DNA from: Lama guanicoe
Lineage: Eukaryota
Assembly: GCA_013239625.1 (NCBI GenBank)
Contig: MU054187.1
Span: 16,694,941 to 16,758,940, forward strand
Direction of reading: 5' to 3'
Length of the DNA: 64,000 nt
Shown here piece by piece: positions 1-11,885 of the stretch; positions within the stretch are counted from its first letter, which is position 1; each line of letters starts with the position of its first letter. Under the pieces are notes generated by a model. The model had not been told where the DNA came from and searched no databases. It saw nothing but the letters and a program-made list of their open reading frames with translations. A program made the position numbers and the translations under genes.

Positions 1-491
1 CAAAGCTGACGCTCCTGAGTCTTTCAGAGAGAAAGCACACTGTGGAAAGAAAGAGCAGATGTTTGTGTGGATATGGGAAGCAGCGGTAAACTGGTTCTGC
101 TTACTTCTGTATCCTGGCCCCACCTTGGCTACCACCAAGCTGTGTGACTCTGGACCAGTCATTTTTTCGCCCCACTATAATCTGCAGCAGTTAAAAAAAT
201 GCTTTTAACGAGCACTGCAAAAAGTCTACCTCTTTAGAATCCTTATAGGAATTGTTTTAGGAAACCTTGGAAGAGGAAGAAAATACATAAATAAATAAAG
301 GAACAGCCATTCCCAACTGCAGAAATGGTAACGTCAAACATGAGTCTGGAAAAGGCTAGAGAAAGTGGAGAAATCAGAATGGTACCCATCAGACACAGGC
401 TCAGTCCTCATGGAATAAACAGCAAAGCCTGATGGGAGACAATCCCAACCAATCTGTGACTTTACAACCACAGTAAACCTCTACCACTTAC

Positions 492-537
492 TTCCCGGTT
501 ATGGAGCGCTAACAAGGGACTACCCCAGCTAAGTGCC
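492..537 (-). other. Candidate internal non-coding exon of a leftward (- strand) transcript
   Basis: The - strand reads tttcattttgcaaag|GGCACTTAG...CCGGGAA|gtaagt, a strong donor with a moderate acceptor. 46 nt, no recognisable coding content. Confidence 0.35.
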
Positions 538-1821
538 CTTTGCAAAATGAAATAGTAAATCATTTAATCCTCGCAATATTATGAAAGAGATTCTTGTATT
601 ATTTTCGTTTTAAAACAAGGAAACTGAAGCACAAAGCGATGAGCTGAGTTGTGGGAAACCACACAGCTGGAAGTAGTGGGGCCGTGCTCTGTACCAGCAA
701 CCTCTGCTGACACAATGACGATGGGCCTACAAGCTGAACATAATAAACACTTTAGGACAGCACTGCAGGACATGCAGATGGGGCTATTTTCAGAGGCTAA
801 GTCCTAAGAGACTGAGAGCACAGGCATGAACTACAGCAAAAACTGTGATCCGAGGATGAGCAAACAAGAGCCACATGAAACTTAACGGAACAACTAAGTC
901 TTTAAGTCCTCTATAAATCTGGAAAAGGACTTCAGGATCTGAGTCCTACGAAGAGAATTCTAAATGACTTGAAGATGACTGGAACACATGCTTAACTGCA
1001 CACTTTATGGCACTCGAGAGAATGTGAAAATAGCCCTAAAGGAACAGAGGTATTAGCGAGGGACAAGCAGGAAGTAGCATGTGATACCTCCTGTATATGA
1101 GGCACTGGCTTCCCTATGGTTCTTTCTCTCATTTAATCCTCATAACACAGTCAGTATCACACCCATTTTAAGAAGTCAAAAATTAAGAGATTGACAACCT
1201 GTTTAGCATGCTGATCACCCACTGTGGATCGGGTGCCCCTGAGGAAACACAACTGTCACCCAGATTTGGGTGACGTGGCGATCAACGTGTCAAGGTCAAG
1301 CTGGCAATTAGTAAATTTCTGGTGAACGCTAGGGAAATGGTGGAACACACAAAAGCAAGTCAGCAGTAGGGATATTTGGTAAGCCTGGATCAAATGCAAT
1401 CCCACAGAGCTCAAAGCTAAATTTTTTCCCTCAAGATCATTCTCAAAACCAGACTGCCAGTCAAGCTCTCAGGACTGCAGATGCAGAAAGAAATTAAAGG
1501 AATGTGGTCAGGTTGCCCCCGATGCCTGGGATGTACCTCATCAACATTCCCTTTCCCTGCCTCTACCCACGTGGCCAGAGAACCGTTTAAAGAGACTGAA
1601 TGTCAAATCTGAACAAACAGAATACGTCAGTGAAAAAAGGAGACTTGAACCCCCATCTATTATGAACACATATGACATGCTTAGTACAGGCAACTCCAAC
1701 CCACCTACCTAACACTGGAAAGGAACGGTATACGTAATCAAAACAGGATTACTTCAGAGCGCTTGGTTTTTATCTTTTAATAGTAAGAAGAAAAGACAAC
1801 TGGGATGAAATTTTATCTCAC

Positions 1822-1852
1822 CTTATTGATAGGGAGGTAAGAAGGAAGAGCT
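1822..1852 (-). other. Candidate 31-nt non-coding exon of the leftward transcript
   Basis: The - strand reads ttgctttttgttttatttgattcttttttcag|AGCTCTTCCTTCTTACCTCCCTATCAATAAG|gtgaga: a long polypyrimidine tract, CAG acceptor and consensus-like donor. Confidence 0.55.
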
Positions 1853-4141
1853 CTGAAAAAAGAATCAAATAAAACAAAAAGCAATCTAGAGAAAGGCATT
1901 TTGATCCATAGATGGGAGAAGGCTGGGAAGCTGACCGACAGACCACAGAGGGAAGGGCAGAGGCTGCTAGACGTCCTCTTGCCAGCCTCCATGTCCATGT
2001 CTAGAAATCACAATGCGGGCATTTGCAGGGCTGGGATTACAGATGCGGGGCAGACGGAGCAGTTCAGGGCTTTTCTCCTGAGGTTTCTTCCACATTCCAA
2101 AGGAACTGAAGGGGAACACGGGAGGTTTAGAAACTGCCGTCATTTCACAGTGAAGAGAAAAAGGGAGCATCCAATTTGCTTCTAGATTGTCCAACCCAGA
2201 TAATCAAGGGAGGAAACAAAGAAGCCAGGGATTCAGAGCAGAACTTTGGTCCAGAAAGAAAGAAACTGCAACTTGCATCCCTTTTCCCTGTGCTATAAGA
2301 ACTGGTAGAACATGAGAGGGAAAGAAACTTAAAATTTGATGCTGTGAGGAAAATGTGGGGCCAGGACTCAATTTTACTAGCAACGTGATGTTGGGCAAGG
2401 CTGCTAACATCTTTAAGGTTCAGCTACCAAATGTGTAAAATGGAAAATATCTGCCCTTCCTATTGCAAAGACTATATTACAAGCTTCAAATATAAGCAAA
2501 AATTTTATGGCTAATATAAAATAGGGGGAAAGGAGAAAAGGAAAGAATTATGATTCTGATCATAAAGAAAGAATTAAATTTAAAATTTGTAGCTATTAAA
2601 TAAGGTGGAATATAGAGAAGTTTGTGGCTTTTGGTAATGAATTAACTGTGAACAGATATATTTTATTATTTAAAAAAACTAATAATCAAATGAATGCATG
2701 CTGACTACAAATGAATAATTATCCTAAGAAATGAAATTTTAATGCTAGAAGGAAACAGATCATCTAGTCTAAGATATGAATTTAATTTCCCTAACAGGAC
2801 CCCTGTTTTTCAAGCAGAACACAAGCTGTTCTTGTAAAATACTGCTGAGGGTCGGCTCGCTTTGTCTCTCCTCTGCATGGCTCCAGGCCATTTCTACAGC
2901 AGCTCTTCTATGGAACAGTTTTAAAGCCACAGATTTGACTGCTACTCCTAAGTTTTAAAAATGAGGAGAATAAAGCCAAGAGGTAGAGCTGGTCAAATGA
3001 AAACCACAGTTAAGAGTACAACTCAATTCTCTGGACTTACTCCAGCATTCTATGTCCTTTCTATTTTCTTTCCTTTCCTTTTTTTTTTTTTTTTTAAAGA
3101 AAAAAAGGGGGGGGGAGCAGATTTCTCTTTTTGGCTTTTAAATAATTCCACTCTCCCTTCTTTTTCCAAATCTCCTTCTGGCTCAGGATAATCCAACTCT
3201 TGATTCTCTGGATACAAGTAATGGATAATATGGGCAAGATAAGGAAGTAGATAAAGCGAAAAAAAAAGACAGAGCAAGTCTGCCCCTAGTTTATTCTGTT
3301 CAGGCTTAAGTAAAGGTGACTCATAGGGGAAGGTGTGCAGACGACAAACTGGTGTGGATGGAGTCTCAGCCTCCCTGTAATTGCTTGAAACTGTCCAGGT
3401 ATAAAGTGTTCCGGGGGTAACACAGAATACCAGGCATGTTAGACGTGAACATTCAACAACGCGGTCTCATTCTGTGACCAGCTTTTTCACTAAATGTAGT
3501 ACTTCTGGAAAATGGGACCTAAAGAAATAGGTAAACAAACAATAACTTTTAATTTAAGGCCTCAAAAGAGAAATGATTTTCACTTTCTATTTTCATATCA
3601 GAAACCAATGTTAAACGTAACAAAGCCTTCGCAAGCAATTTTCTAAGAAAATTCTTAGTAGTTCTCACCAAGAAAATTAAAACTGCTTTTGAGATCATAG
3701 GCTTTCAAAAATGTTGGAAACTTTATTTTTGGTACCAAATACAACGTTTTACATGAACTATCAGACATTAAGTAAAGTTTGGACCCTGCAATAATTCCTA
3801 AGCGGTTCTTAGGAGTTAAATCTCACCACCGCCAAGTGCGAGGAAAAGACTTCCAAGTGTGTGTCTAGAAAGTCGCTTCGTGGGATGCAAAGGAGCTCAA
3901 GTCTAGCTGCGTCTTTTTCTCTTTTTAATGGTGCGATCCTAAGACTATTTTTAGGGGTTGAGGTTCGTTCCACTGCCTTTCCCCAAATCAGACTTTGATT
4001 TGCCTCCTCCAGGAAGACAGAAAGCCCACGAAACGGGGAAACAAGCAAAGGGCGACAACTACAAGGTCGTGAAAGTCCGCGCCCTCCCAGCTGTGAGCAA
4101 GACCTCGGGTTTGCGCTCCTGGTCTCTCGGGCGTCACTGAC

Positions 4142-4370
4142 CTTAGGCGTCTGCGAAACGCCCGGCTCCGCGTAACTGTTTCTCAAACATTCTCTGGGAA
4201 GCGTGGCTTTTCCTAGCAGAACCTGGGCTCCCCGGGCTTCCGGAACTCGCGGGTTTACGCAGTGACGCAGGACCCGGAAGTGCCTGAAAAAAAAGGGGGA
4301 AATTAAACCACCGAGGACTACGCTTCAGCGCGCGGCGGAAGGCCCGGGAGGGCCCAGCCACAGCGAACGC
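4142..4370 (-). other. Candidate first exon of a divergent - strand transcript (start approximate)
   Basis: - strand donor AAG|GTCAGT at 4142/4141 and a second donor GTG|GTGAGA at 3827/3826. CCAAT boxes (- strand) lie about 80-120 nt upstream of the assumed start. Confidence 0.4.
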
Positions 4371-4470
4371 TGACGAGCCGAAGGGACGAAGAGCCGACGA
4401 GCCGAAGAGCCGAAGGGCCGAAGAGCCGAAGAGGACACCCGCGCGCGGTGATTGGTCATCTGGCCGTGAG
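4280..4470 (+). other. Candidate first non-coding exon of the + strand gene/lncRNA (start approximate)
   Basis: Strong donor GAG|GTAAGC at 4470/4471 inside the CpG island, downstream of the ETS motif. No ATG in the exon. Confidence 0.6.
4372..4435 (+). repeat. 8-bp tandem repeat, 8 units (consensus GAAGAGCC)
   Basis: Units: gacgagcc gaagggac gaagagcc gacgagcc gaagagcc gaagggcc gaagagcc gaagagga. Confidence 0.95.
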
Positions 4471-5659
4471 GTAAGCCGTATCTGATTGGCAGGAGAGTCG
4501 CGAACCCGTCAGCCCCGGGGTCGGGGGCCGCGCGTGGAGAGGCCTCGGTGTCAGGGGCCGCGGGGAAGCCGGGGCTTTTGAGGGCAGGGCTTTCCCGGCC
4601 TTCAGACGCCGGCGGCGGGCTGCCGGACAAGCGCCGCCGGGTGGCGACGGGGCGCCTCCGCGTCTCGGGGGCTCTCCGCTCGTTCCGGATGGAGGGCCCG
4701 CTGCGGGGCAGGGAGCCTCCGTGTGCGGCGGCGGCATCCGGGCCGGGGCCGTGGGGGCGCGGGTGGCTCGTCGGCCGCTGCAGGCTCCCGGAGGCAGGTG
4801 GCCGCTCTGGTCCGCCGTCCGTCTGCGGAGCCGCGGCCCGGGAGGCCTGCCGGGCGGACTGCACACGCCCGCAGCATCGGGCCGTGAGCTCGGGGCCGCA
4901 GGGCCTGTCCGGGTCACCCCGGAGCTCTCAGAAACGCGGACAGCCAGGTCGCCCCGCCCTGGGGAGCCCAGGCAGGACTTCTAGGGCTGGGGTCCGAAGG
5001 AACGTATTTCTTGAGCGTTCACCAGGCAATTCTGTGCAGCCGGCTCTGAGACTCGCCACCGCCTACTCAGTCTATAGGAGGGCTGGCTGTGTCTGGCTGG
5101 CTCGTTTGCTGTAAGGTTTGAACGAAGTCTGGGTGGGTAAAGCTTCCTGCACACAGTAGGTCGTGAGAACATTTTCGCTCTTGTCTACCCCCTCCCCCGC
5201 CCAGCCTCCTCCCCAGGAGCACTCAGTCCTAAGATGGCTGTATTGTTGGACATTGGAGAGCGCGTCCTGTAGAAGCAGCGTTACAAGAAAGCCTCCCCTC
5301 CCCCAATTATCCCATGCAACAGTTGTTACTCAATATAGAACATTATGGATAAGATAAAAGAACATTTATCAATGAAGTCTAATACTGGTCAAATAAGTTT
5401 CTACAGTAAAGGTATACAGTTTGACATCACTTAGACCTGGAATTTTGTTGTCTTCCATACATTAAGGAGATCTCAGAAAGGTCAGGCCTGGGAGGATGGT
5501 GATGGTTCCTTGAATTAGTGAAATTTCCGCCATGTGAACCAACCGTACAGATGAGAGAATAGGAGCTAAAAGTTGCTCACTTAGGTACAGGAGTGGGGGT
5601 TTCCCTGGAGCTCAAGTTGGCCGCCGCAGTAGCAGCCTGCAATACGGGTTGGCCAGATT

Positions 5660-5813
5660 ACGGTCTGCTCTAAGAGTAAAATGCCCACTGGGGTTCTGAA
5701 AAGAAAACAATAAACTATTTCATGTTATACTGGTTACATGTTGACATGACCATGTTTAAGAAAATTTAAAATTACACATGTGGCTCCTGTTACATTTGTA
5801 TTGGATAGTGCAG
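5660..5813. mobile_element. MER3/MER33-type hAT-Charlie fragment
   Basis: The end tttaaaattacacatgtggctcctgttacatttgtattggatagtgcag resembles the MER3/MER33 terminus. Confidence 0.55.
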
Positions 5814-5897
5814 TTCTAGAGGATAAGAAAATCTCTGAAGAAGACCACGGCTCTCATTTAGCAATTGTGAGGGAGGCATCCATGTGGTACTTCTCAG

Positions 5898-6388
5898 TGC
5901 CAACTGAAAATTGGTACTCACCACCTGCCTCTACAAGGGTAGAATCACATTGGCACTTGCCATCTACCTCTGCTTGGATTAAATCAGGAGCTGATGACCT
6001 CCAGTACTCCTGAAAGGAGTTTAGGGTGGAGATCAGGCATGAGGCACTCTATACTCTGGGAAAACTGGTGGAACAGGCCTTCAGGAAGAGTTTTTCAGAG
6101 GTAGATTTTATGAGCCTAAATTCTTACATCTCATTTCTAGAAAAGCACTAGAATCATTAAGCAGTGACACATCTGCTCTTGGTGACTAGCAGCAAGCCTA
6201 AATGTGTGCTTGACCACATGTACCCCACCTTGACTGAAATCATGTAATATACCGAGATCCCCCTGCTTCCTCAGAGCAATTCCTCAAAGCTATGTGAGAT
6301 GCTGTCTCCCGGGCTATAGTCCTCATTTTGCCCCCAAATAAAACTTAACTTACAGTTCTCATGTTGTGTGATTTTATTTCAGTCAATA
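5898..6388 (+). mobile_element. ERV1-class solo LTR (artiodactyl type)
   Basis: Imperfect terminal inverted repeats (tgccaactgaaa ... tttcagtcaata), 4-bp TSD TCAG at 5894-5897 and 6389-6392, AATAAA at 6337-6342. The 3' part resembles ruminant/camelid ERV1 LTRs. Confidence 0.85.
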
Positions 6389-7380
6389 TCAGGTAGGCCT
6401 GCATTTGTAGTGTGCTTTACTTAATTTTTATGAAAGGGAGAGAAAAGGACCAAAAAAAAAAAAGGCTAACATAGAGGATATTTTCAGAATGCAGGTTCTA
6501 ATTCATGGAGCCCTACGTATGAACATCATAGTAATCTGTTAATAATAAAAAGATACCAAGCTATTGAGAAGTACGAATTATGTTTCATGATCTGATTAAG
6601 AGGGTGAAACATGTAGAACATTTAAGATTTCTGTTGAAATTGGTTCATGTAGGTTCTGGATTTTATCAGTTAATCTCTAGACACAGTAAACTGTTTTCAT
6701 TTTCCAGTGAGCTAGTAAGCTGAGGTTTCAGGGAAGCTTTGTTTCCAGTTTGTTTATACTTGCTTTAAAAATATTTTTCAATCATTTATTACAACAAAAG
6801 CCTACCGGGGGCCAGGAGTATGGCTAGGCAGTGTGATATAAAGGTGAACATCCAGACATGGCCTCTCTTGGAAACAATGAGTATCAATTCAGAGACAATG
6901 AAAAAGTACACAATAACCAAGGTATAGTGTATTTTGCCTTTGAGTAAGTGCTTACCTCTGTAAATTCCACACATTAATTATTTAAACCTACAATTTATAT
7001 ATTCCTGCTGACACGTTAATGAAGAGTCTTGTTAGAACTTGACTATGGGCTTAAATATGTTAGTAAAAAATCATAGTATATTTCATGCATCTGTTAATTA
7101 TGAACTTAAAGAAAAAAATTAAATTTGAGTATTTACCTTTAAATATAAAAAAAGATTAAAAATCACAATAACATCTTATGTATGATACCCTCTTTTAGCC
7201 TTTCAGCACCTTTTAGGTTCTAAGGAATTTAATAATAGAAATGTAAAGGAGACATTGATTTATGCCCCTAACATAGTTTAAAATTGCTGACTTTAAAAAG
7301 ATACATTTATTTTAGCATATTACAGAGTTCTTAAATCAATATATTTGAATCTTTTAGGAAAAAGTTGAACATAAATCTCA

Positions 7381-7946
7381 TGTTAGTTTACTTCTGCTGC
7401 TGTAACCAATTACCAAAAAGTCAGTGGCTCAAAGCAACACCCATGTATTATCTTAGAGTTCTGCAGTCACAAGTCCCACTTGAGTCTCACTGGGCTAAAA
7501 TCAAGGTGTCCACAGGTCTGCGTTCCTTGCTGGAGGGTCTAGGGGAGAATCTTGGTTTTCTGTTTATTCAAATTGTTGACCAAATTCAGTCCCTGGTTCC
7601 TGGCCGGCTGTTGGCTGAGAGATGTTCCAGCTTCTAGAAGCCACTCCCATTCCGTGGGTTGTGGCTCTCTCGCACCATCTTCAAAGCCAGCTGTGGCGGC
7701 TTGAAGCCCTCTCATCCTTCTGATTCCTCTTCCCTTTTCTTCTGTTGTTTCGTCTCTTTGATTTCAGTCTTGTAAGACTCTGGTCAGGTTGGGCCTACCT
7801 AGATAATCCAGGATATTCTCTCCCCATCAAGGTCCATAACCCTAACCACATCTCTAAAGTCCCTTTTGCCATAATGAAGTCATATATCCACAAGGGCCAG
7901 GGTTAGGGTGTGGACATTTTTAGGGGCCATGCTTCTGCCTGCCACA
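7381..7946 (-). mobile_element. MaLR LTR (MLT1E-like)
   Basis: Typical MLT1 motifs: gctgctgtaac...ctgggctaaaatcaaggtgt, gataatccaggat, aaagtcccttttgccat, ending ctgcctgccaca. Confidence 0.85.
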
Positions 7947-8029
7947 GACCTTAACTGGGCCCACATGGTTTACCCATCACTCTTAGTTCTCTCAGTACTG
8001 TAGGATAGAATAATGGTTATAGTAACAGT

Positions 8030-8245
8030 ACATTGTATTAGATATATAATACGTTCCAGCCTCTATTCTAAACCCTTTTTCTACATTTACTCATTTAGTC
8101 CTCGGAAATGCCTAGGAGACAAACACTATTATCCCCACTTACAGATAGGGAAACAGGTACGGACTGGGGAAGTGACCTGCCTACTTCTCACAGCTGTCAG
8201 GTGGTGGAATGAGGACTGGAAGCTACGCAGTCTGATGCTCTGACC
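8030..8245 (-). mobile_element. MIR SINE
   Basis: MIR core in reverse: ctcatttagtcctc...attatccccacttacagatagggaaacagg. Confidence 0.75.
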
Positions 8246-8999
8246 TCTGCACGCTCTGAAGCACAGTGTAGTGGATATCATTTGTAAACATCTGGATTTA
8301 CTGAACATGCTCTAGTGATACAGTGACTACGAGTTTCAGCTCGAGCATCCTGATGTTCGGATTTATATTCTATCTTTACCAGTTACTGGATGACTCTGGA
8401 CAAGTTACCTAACCTCCCTAGGTCTCAATAAAGAGTAAACTGAACTAACAATAACACTGCAGGATTAAATGAGGCACCGGATGTAAAATACTTAGAATAA
8501 TGCCCCCCAATAAGCTATTGCCAGCTCTAATTATTGATGGCAATTCAACTTTTAAAAGCCATCGTTTATTGTAAAAAAAGGAATATTTCCTTTAGGCAAG
8601 TTCAATCTCTTTATGGGACAAAAACTGAAAATTAAAATTTTCCTTTCACAGCAGCACAATGCTGTCTCCTTTCCCAGCCGTGAATTTCCCTCCAGTCTAG
8701 TCTACATCTTTCTGGTGGTGTTACTTTCCAGCTAGTGTTTCCTGATTGTAGATTGTAGACACTTTGTCCAGACTCTAGTTAACATCCTGATTCCTTAGAA
8801 AGGCACCAGGACATAAAGTCCAAATACCACACCCTCACACACACACCCCCGCTGTCGTCCCTCTGCCTGGTATTTACACAGCCACCATTCCTAACTTCTC
8901 CCTGTTCCTTTTTGTTATTATGGTTCCTGGAGGGAGACACGGCATATGTGGGGTCTCTGGCCATAATGCCTTTCAATACAGCTCCAAACCTCACCCTCT

Positions 9000-9510
9000 C
9001 TTCTAATAATCTTTGTTGTCGTTGCCCTAATTCAAACCCCCATGCTCTCTGTACTTTAAATCATCTTCTAACAAATTCCTGCCCTCCAGCCTTACCACCC
9101 TTCAAGCTTACTCTCCTCTCTGTTCACCAGAATAATCTTTCTAAAGTACAAAACTCTACACGCTGCTCTGTAACTCTCCTTCAAACCCTGCATTGTCTCT
9201 GCCCGGGCCCAGGACCTTCAAATATGATTCTTTGTACTATGTCTCATAACCCCAGTTAGGTGCTACTGCTGTAGCATCCAGAGGGTGCTTCCTTAAGGAC
9301 TCGTCTTTCCATCTGAATCGTGAACTCATTGGTAGAGAATAAGAGATGCTTTTGCTCCCGTGAATTTATTACATTGTTTTGTCACTGCCTATTTACCTGT
9401 CTGTCTCTTGTCGCTAAACTGAACTCTTTCAGGGGAGGATTGTTGTTTTATTTCTCTTCCTCTGTGCCCGAGAAGTAGGAGGTCCTTCGTAACTGTTGAA
9501 TGAATGGATA
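9000..9510 (+). mobile_element. L2 LINE 3' fragment (degenerate)
   Basis: L2-like 3' sequence ending agtagg...tgttgaatgaatgga. Confidence 0.5.
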
Positions 9511-9619
9511 GGGAAAAATAACCCAAAATACATACAATAGGAAAATTCTGCTTAAATCTAAAAAAAGTGTCTAAAGCAATGTACTGGCAATAGATAAGGT
9601 TCTGCTTTTAGAAGGTGCT

Positions 9620-9860
9620 TCACTGAAGATGAAAGCGTGGACTCTGGACCCAGATACTTGGCTGTGAATTCTGGCTCCGCTGCTTACTGTCTGTGCAGTC
9701 TGGGGCGAGCTAGTGAACCTCGGATCTGTTCTTTGTCTGTAAAACAGGGATGGTAATAGTAACTATCTCTTAGGGTTCATGGAGCCAAATGAGTTCATGT
9801 GTATGAAGTGCCTGTAATAGTGTCTACCACATAGTAAATATTCTTTAAGTGTTTGGTAAT
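9620..9860 (+). mobile_element. MIR SINE
   Basis: ggactctggacccaga...ctggctccgctgcttact...ctgtaaaacagggatggtaatagtaac...cacatagtaa matches the MIR consensus. Confidence 0.85.
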
Positions 9861-10094
9861 TAAAAACACAATAGGTTTATATTCTCGTTGCTTTTGATAA
9901 TAGCTAATGCCCTTATAATACAGTGGTTAAAAAATAGCCCAGTGTTTTGTAATTGTGATATTTAACTAGAGATTTCTTAACTTGCAGTGATTTTTAATAT
10001 TTTACATTGTAGAATGGCCATATGTATTCATTCAATATTTAGAGAGTGCTTGTATATATGATCCCTTTCATGAGTAACTTACATAATTTCTATA

Positions 10095-10578
10095 TGTATT
10101 ATGTTTCCCTTATCTGCTAAGTTGTGGCTTAAAACATTATAAATGTATTATCTCATGGTTCTATAGGTCAGTCGTCCAACACTGACCTCACCAGGCTAAG
10201 ATCAAGTTGTCAGCAGAGCTGCATTCCTTTCAGGAGACTCCAAGGCAGAATCTAGTTTCTTGTCTTTTTCAGATTCCACAAGGTGTCCACACTCCTTGGA
10301 TCCTGGGCCCCCTTTTCCATCTACAAAGCCAGCAATGTTGTATCTCTCTAACTAATCTGCAGTCACCTCTCTTTCTCTGATTACAAAGGAGGGTTCTCTG
10401 CTTTTAAACATTCCTGTGAAAAAAGTTAGGTCCACCATGATAATCTCAGTGAATCTCCCATCTCTAGGTCCTAAACTTAAATTACATCTTCAAAATCCCT
10501 TTTGCCATGTAATTTATTCACAGGTTCTGGGGGTTCGGGGAAAGGCATCTTTGTGGGACCATTATTCTGCCTACTACA
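10095..10578 (-). mobile_element. MaLR LTR (MLT1D-like)
   Basis: ggctaagatcaagttgtcagcagagctgcattcc, cccttttgccatgtaa, ending attattctgcctactaca. Confidence 0.85.
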
Positions 10579-10904
10579 CTCTTGTACTGTAAATGAATCC
10601 CTGATGAAAGGTGCTAGGTTGTACTTTCTGAAAATGGAGACAGTATTAACTAAATTGTGGACAGTTGTGTCAGTATCATGTATCATCTGTTCCTCCAGTG
10701 GTTGATGAGAGCTGTATCCTCTTAGCAGAGTGCTAAAGTACCGCAGGGCTCACTGATCAACGTCCTTGTTTTCAAGAACTTTTGGAGTGAGAAGGGGAGA
10801 ATAAACTCATATGAGTTGAATTTCTGCTATGGGCTAAGTGCTGTATGATGAATTTCAGATATATTAGCCCCATTTAATTTCCACAATAATTTTACAAGGC
10901 AGTA

Positions 10905-11510
10905 AAAGTAGGCAGTCTAAAGAGACCCTCAGTGATTCCCACCACACAGTATTCATGCCTTTGTGCAACCTTGTCCCTCTGAGTGTGGGCGGGTCTAGTG
11001 ACTCTCCCAAGGAACTGGGTAGGACTTTCATGGTAGGATATCATCTCCGGGATTAGGTGACAGAAGACTGTGACTTCCCTCTTGTTCACACTCTCTCTGT
11101 TTCACTATTCTTTGCTTGTTTTAATTAAAAAACAAAAACAAAAACAAAAACAAAAAAAGTTGCAATGTGGTATGTTGCCCTATACAGACGCCAAGGAGCC
11201 AAGTGCAGCTTCCAGCCAACAGCTAGAAAGGAACCAAGGCCCTCAGCCCAATAGCTTGGGAGGAACTGTATCCTATCAAGGACCAGAGGGTGAACTTAGA
11301 AGTTGATCCCTCCCTAGTTGAGCCTTGAGATGCCTGCACCCCCTTGAACACCTTGCTGGCAGCCTCATGAGAGATCCTGAGCCAGAGGACACTGCTAAGT
11401 GCTAAGGTTCACCCAGGCTTTTGACCCATCACACTTAGGAGATAATAAATGTTTTCTAAAGCCACTAAGTTTGGGGGCCATTTGTTATTGCAGCAATAGA
11501 TAACTGATAC
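10905..11510 (+). mobile_element. MaLR LTR (MLT1F-like)
   Basis: cctgagccagaggacac, gataataaatg...aagccactaagtttgggg...ttgttattgcagcaatagataactgatac. Confidence 0.85.
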
Positions 11511-11654
11511 TAAGATGTTAATACTGTTTTAGTATAGATTAGGGAAAAAAACATTTGGAAGGTTATGGCAACTTTGCACGTCTCGCAGTTTGTAGTAAAA
11601 GCTCTTTCCACTACAAATAATGATAATAATAATAAGAAAATTAGAATATAGGCA

Positions 11655-11885
11655 GTAGGTAACATTTATTGATCATTTACAAGGTGTTAGGCACCTTTCA
11701 AATTATTTCATATAGATGTTATCTAGGATTATTACAGCAACTCTATAAAGATAGGTATTGTAATTCTCTCCTTTTTACAAGTAATGAATTGGAGCTAAGA
11801 GAGGTGAAATAAAGGACATGTCCAAGGTCGCCAGTTGACCAACAACATATTGGCAAGATTTAAACCCAGGTTGTGTGACTCTAGA
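11655..11885 (-). mobile_element. MIR SINE
   Basis: aacatttattgatca...ataggtattg...ttttacaa...agagaggtgaaat...tccaaggtc...gatttaaacccagg. Confidence 0.65.

Larger units (their letters stand above)
4030..5110. promoter_or_regulatory. CpG island, probable bidirectional promoter
   Basis: Very high GC and CpG density against AT-rich flanks. ETS/GABPA-type CCGGAAGTG at 4274-4282, CRE half-site TGACG at 4263-4267, two ATTGG (reverse CCAAT) boxes at 4451 and 4485, and splice donors on both strands. Confidence 0.9.

Noticed and set aside
1208..1240. Resemblance to 7SL/SRP RNA (gctgatca, gatcgggtg)
   Set aside because: Only two short words match, in the wrong order, with no extended similarity.
4372..4435. 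Short repeat array as CRISPR-like
   Set aside because: Contiguous 8-bp units without spacers in a mammalian promoter; a simple VNTR.
4143..5172. Long overlapping ORFs of up to 188 aa in the CpG island
   Set aside because: They are Pro/Ala/Arg/Gly-rich on both strands, as expected from stop-codon scarcity in GC-rich DNA. Most use non-ATG starts and none has a recognisable domain.
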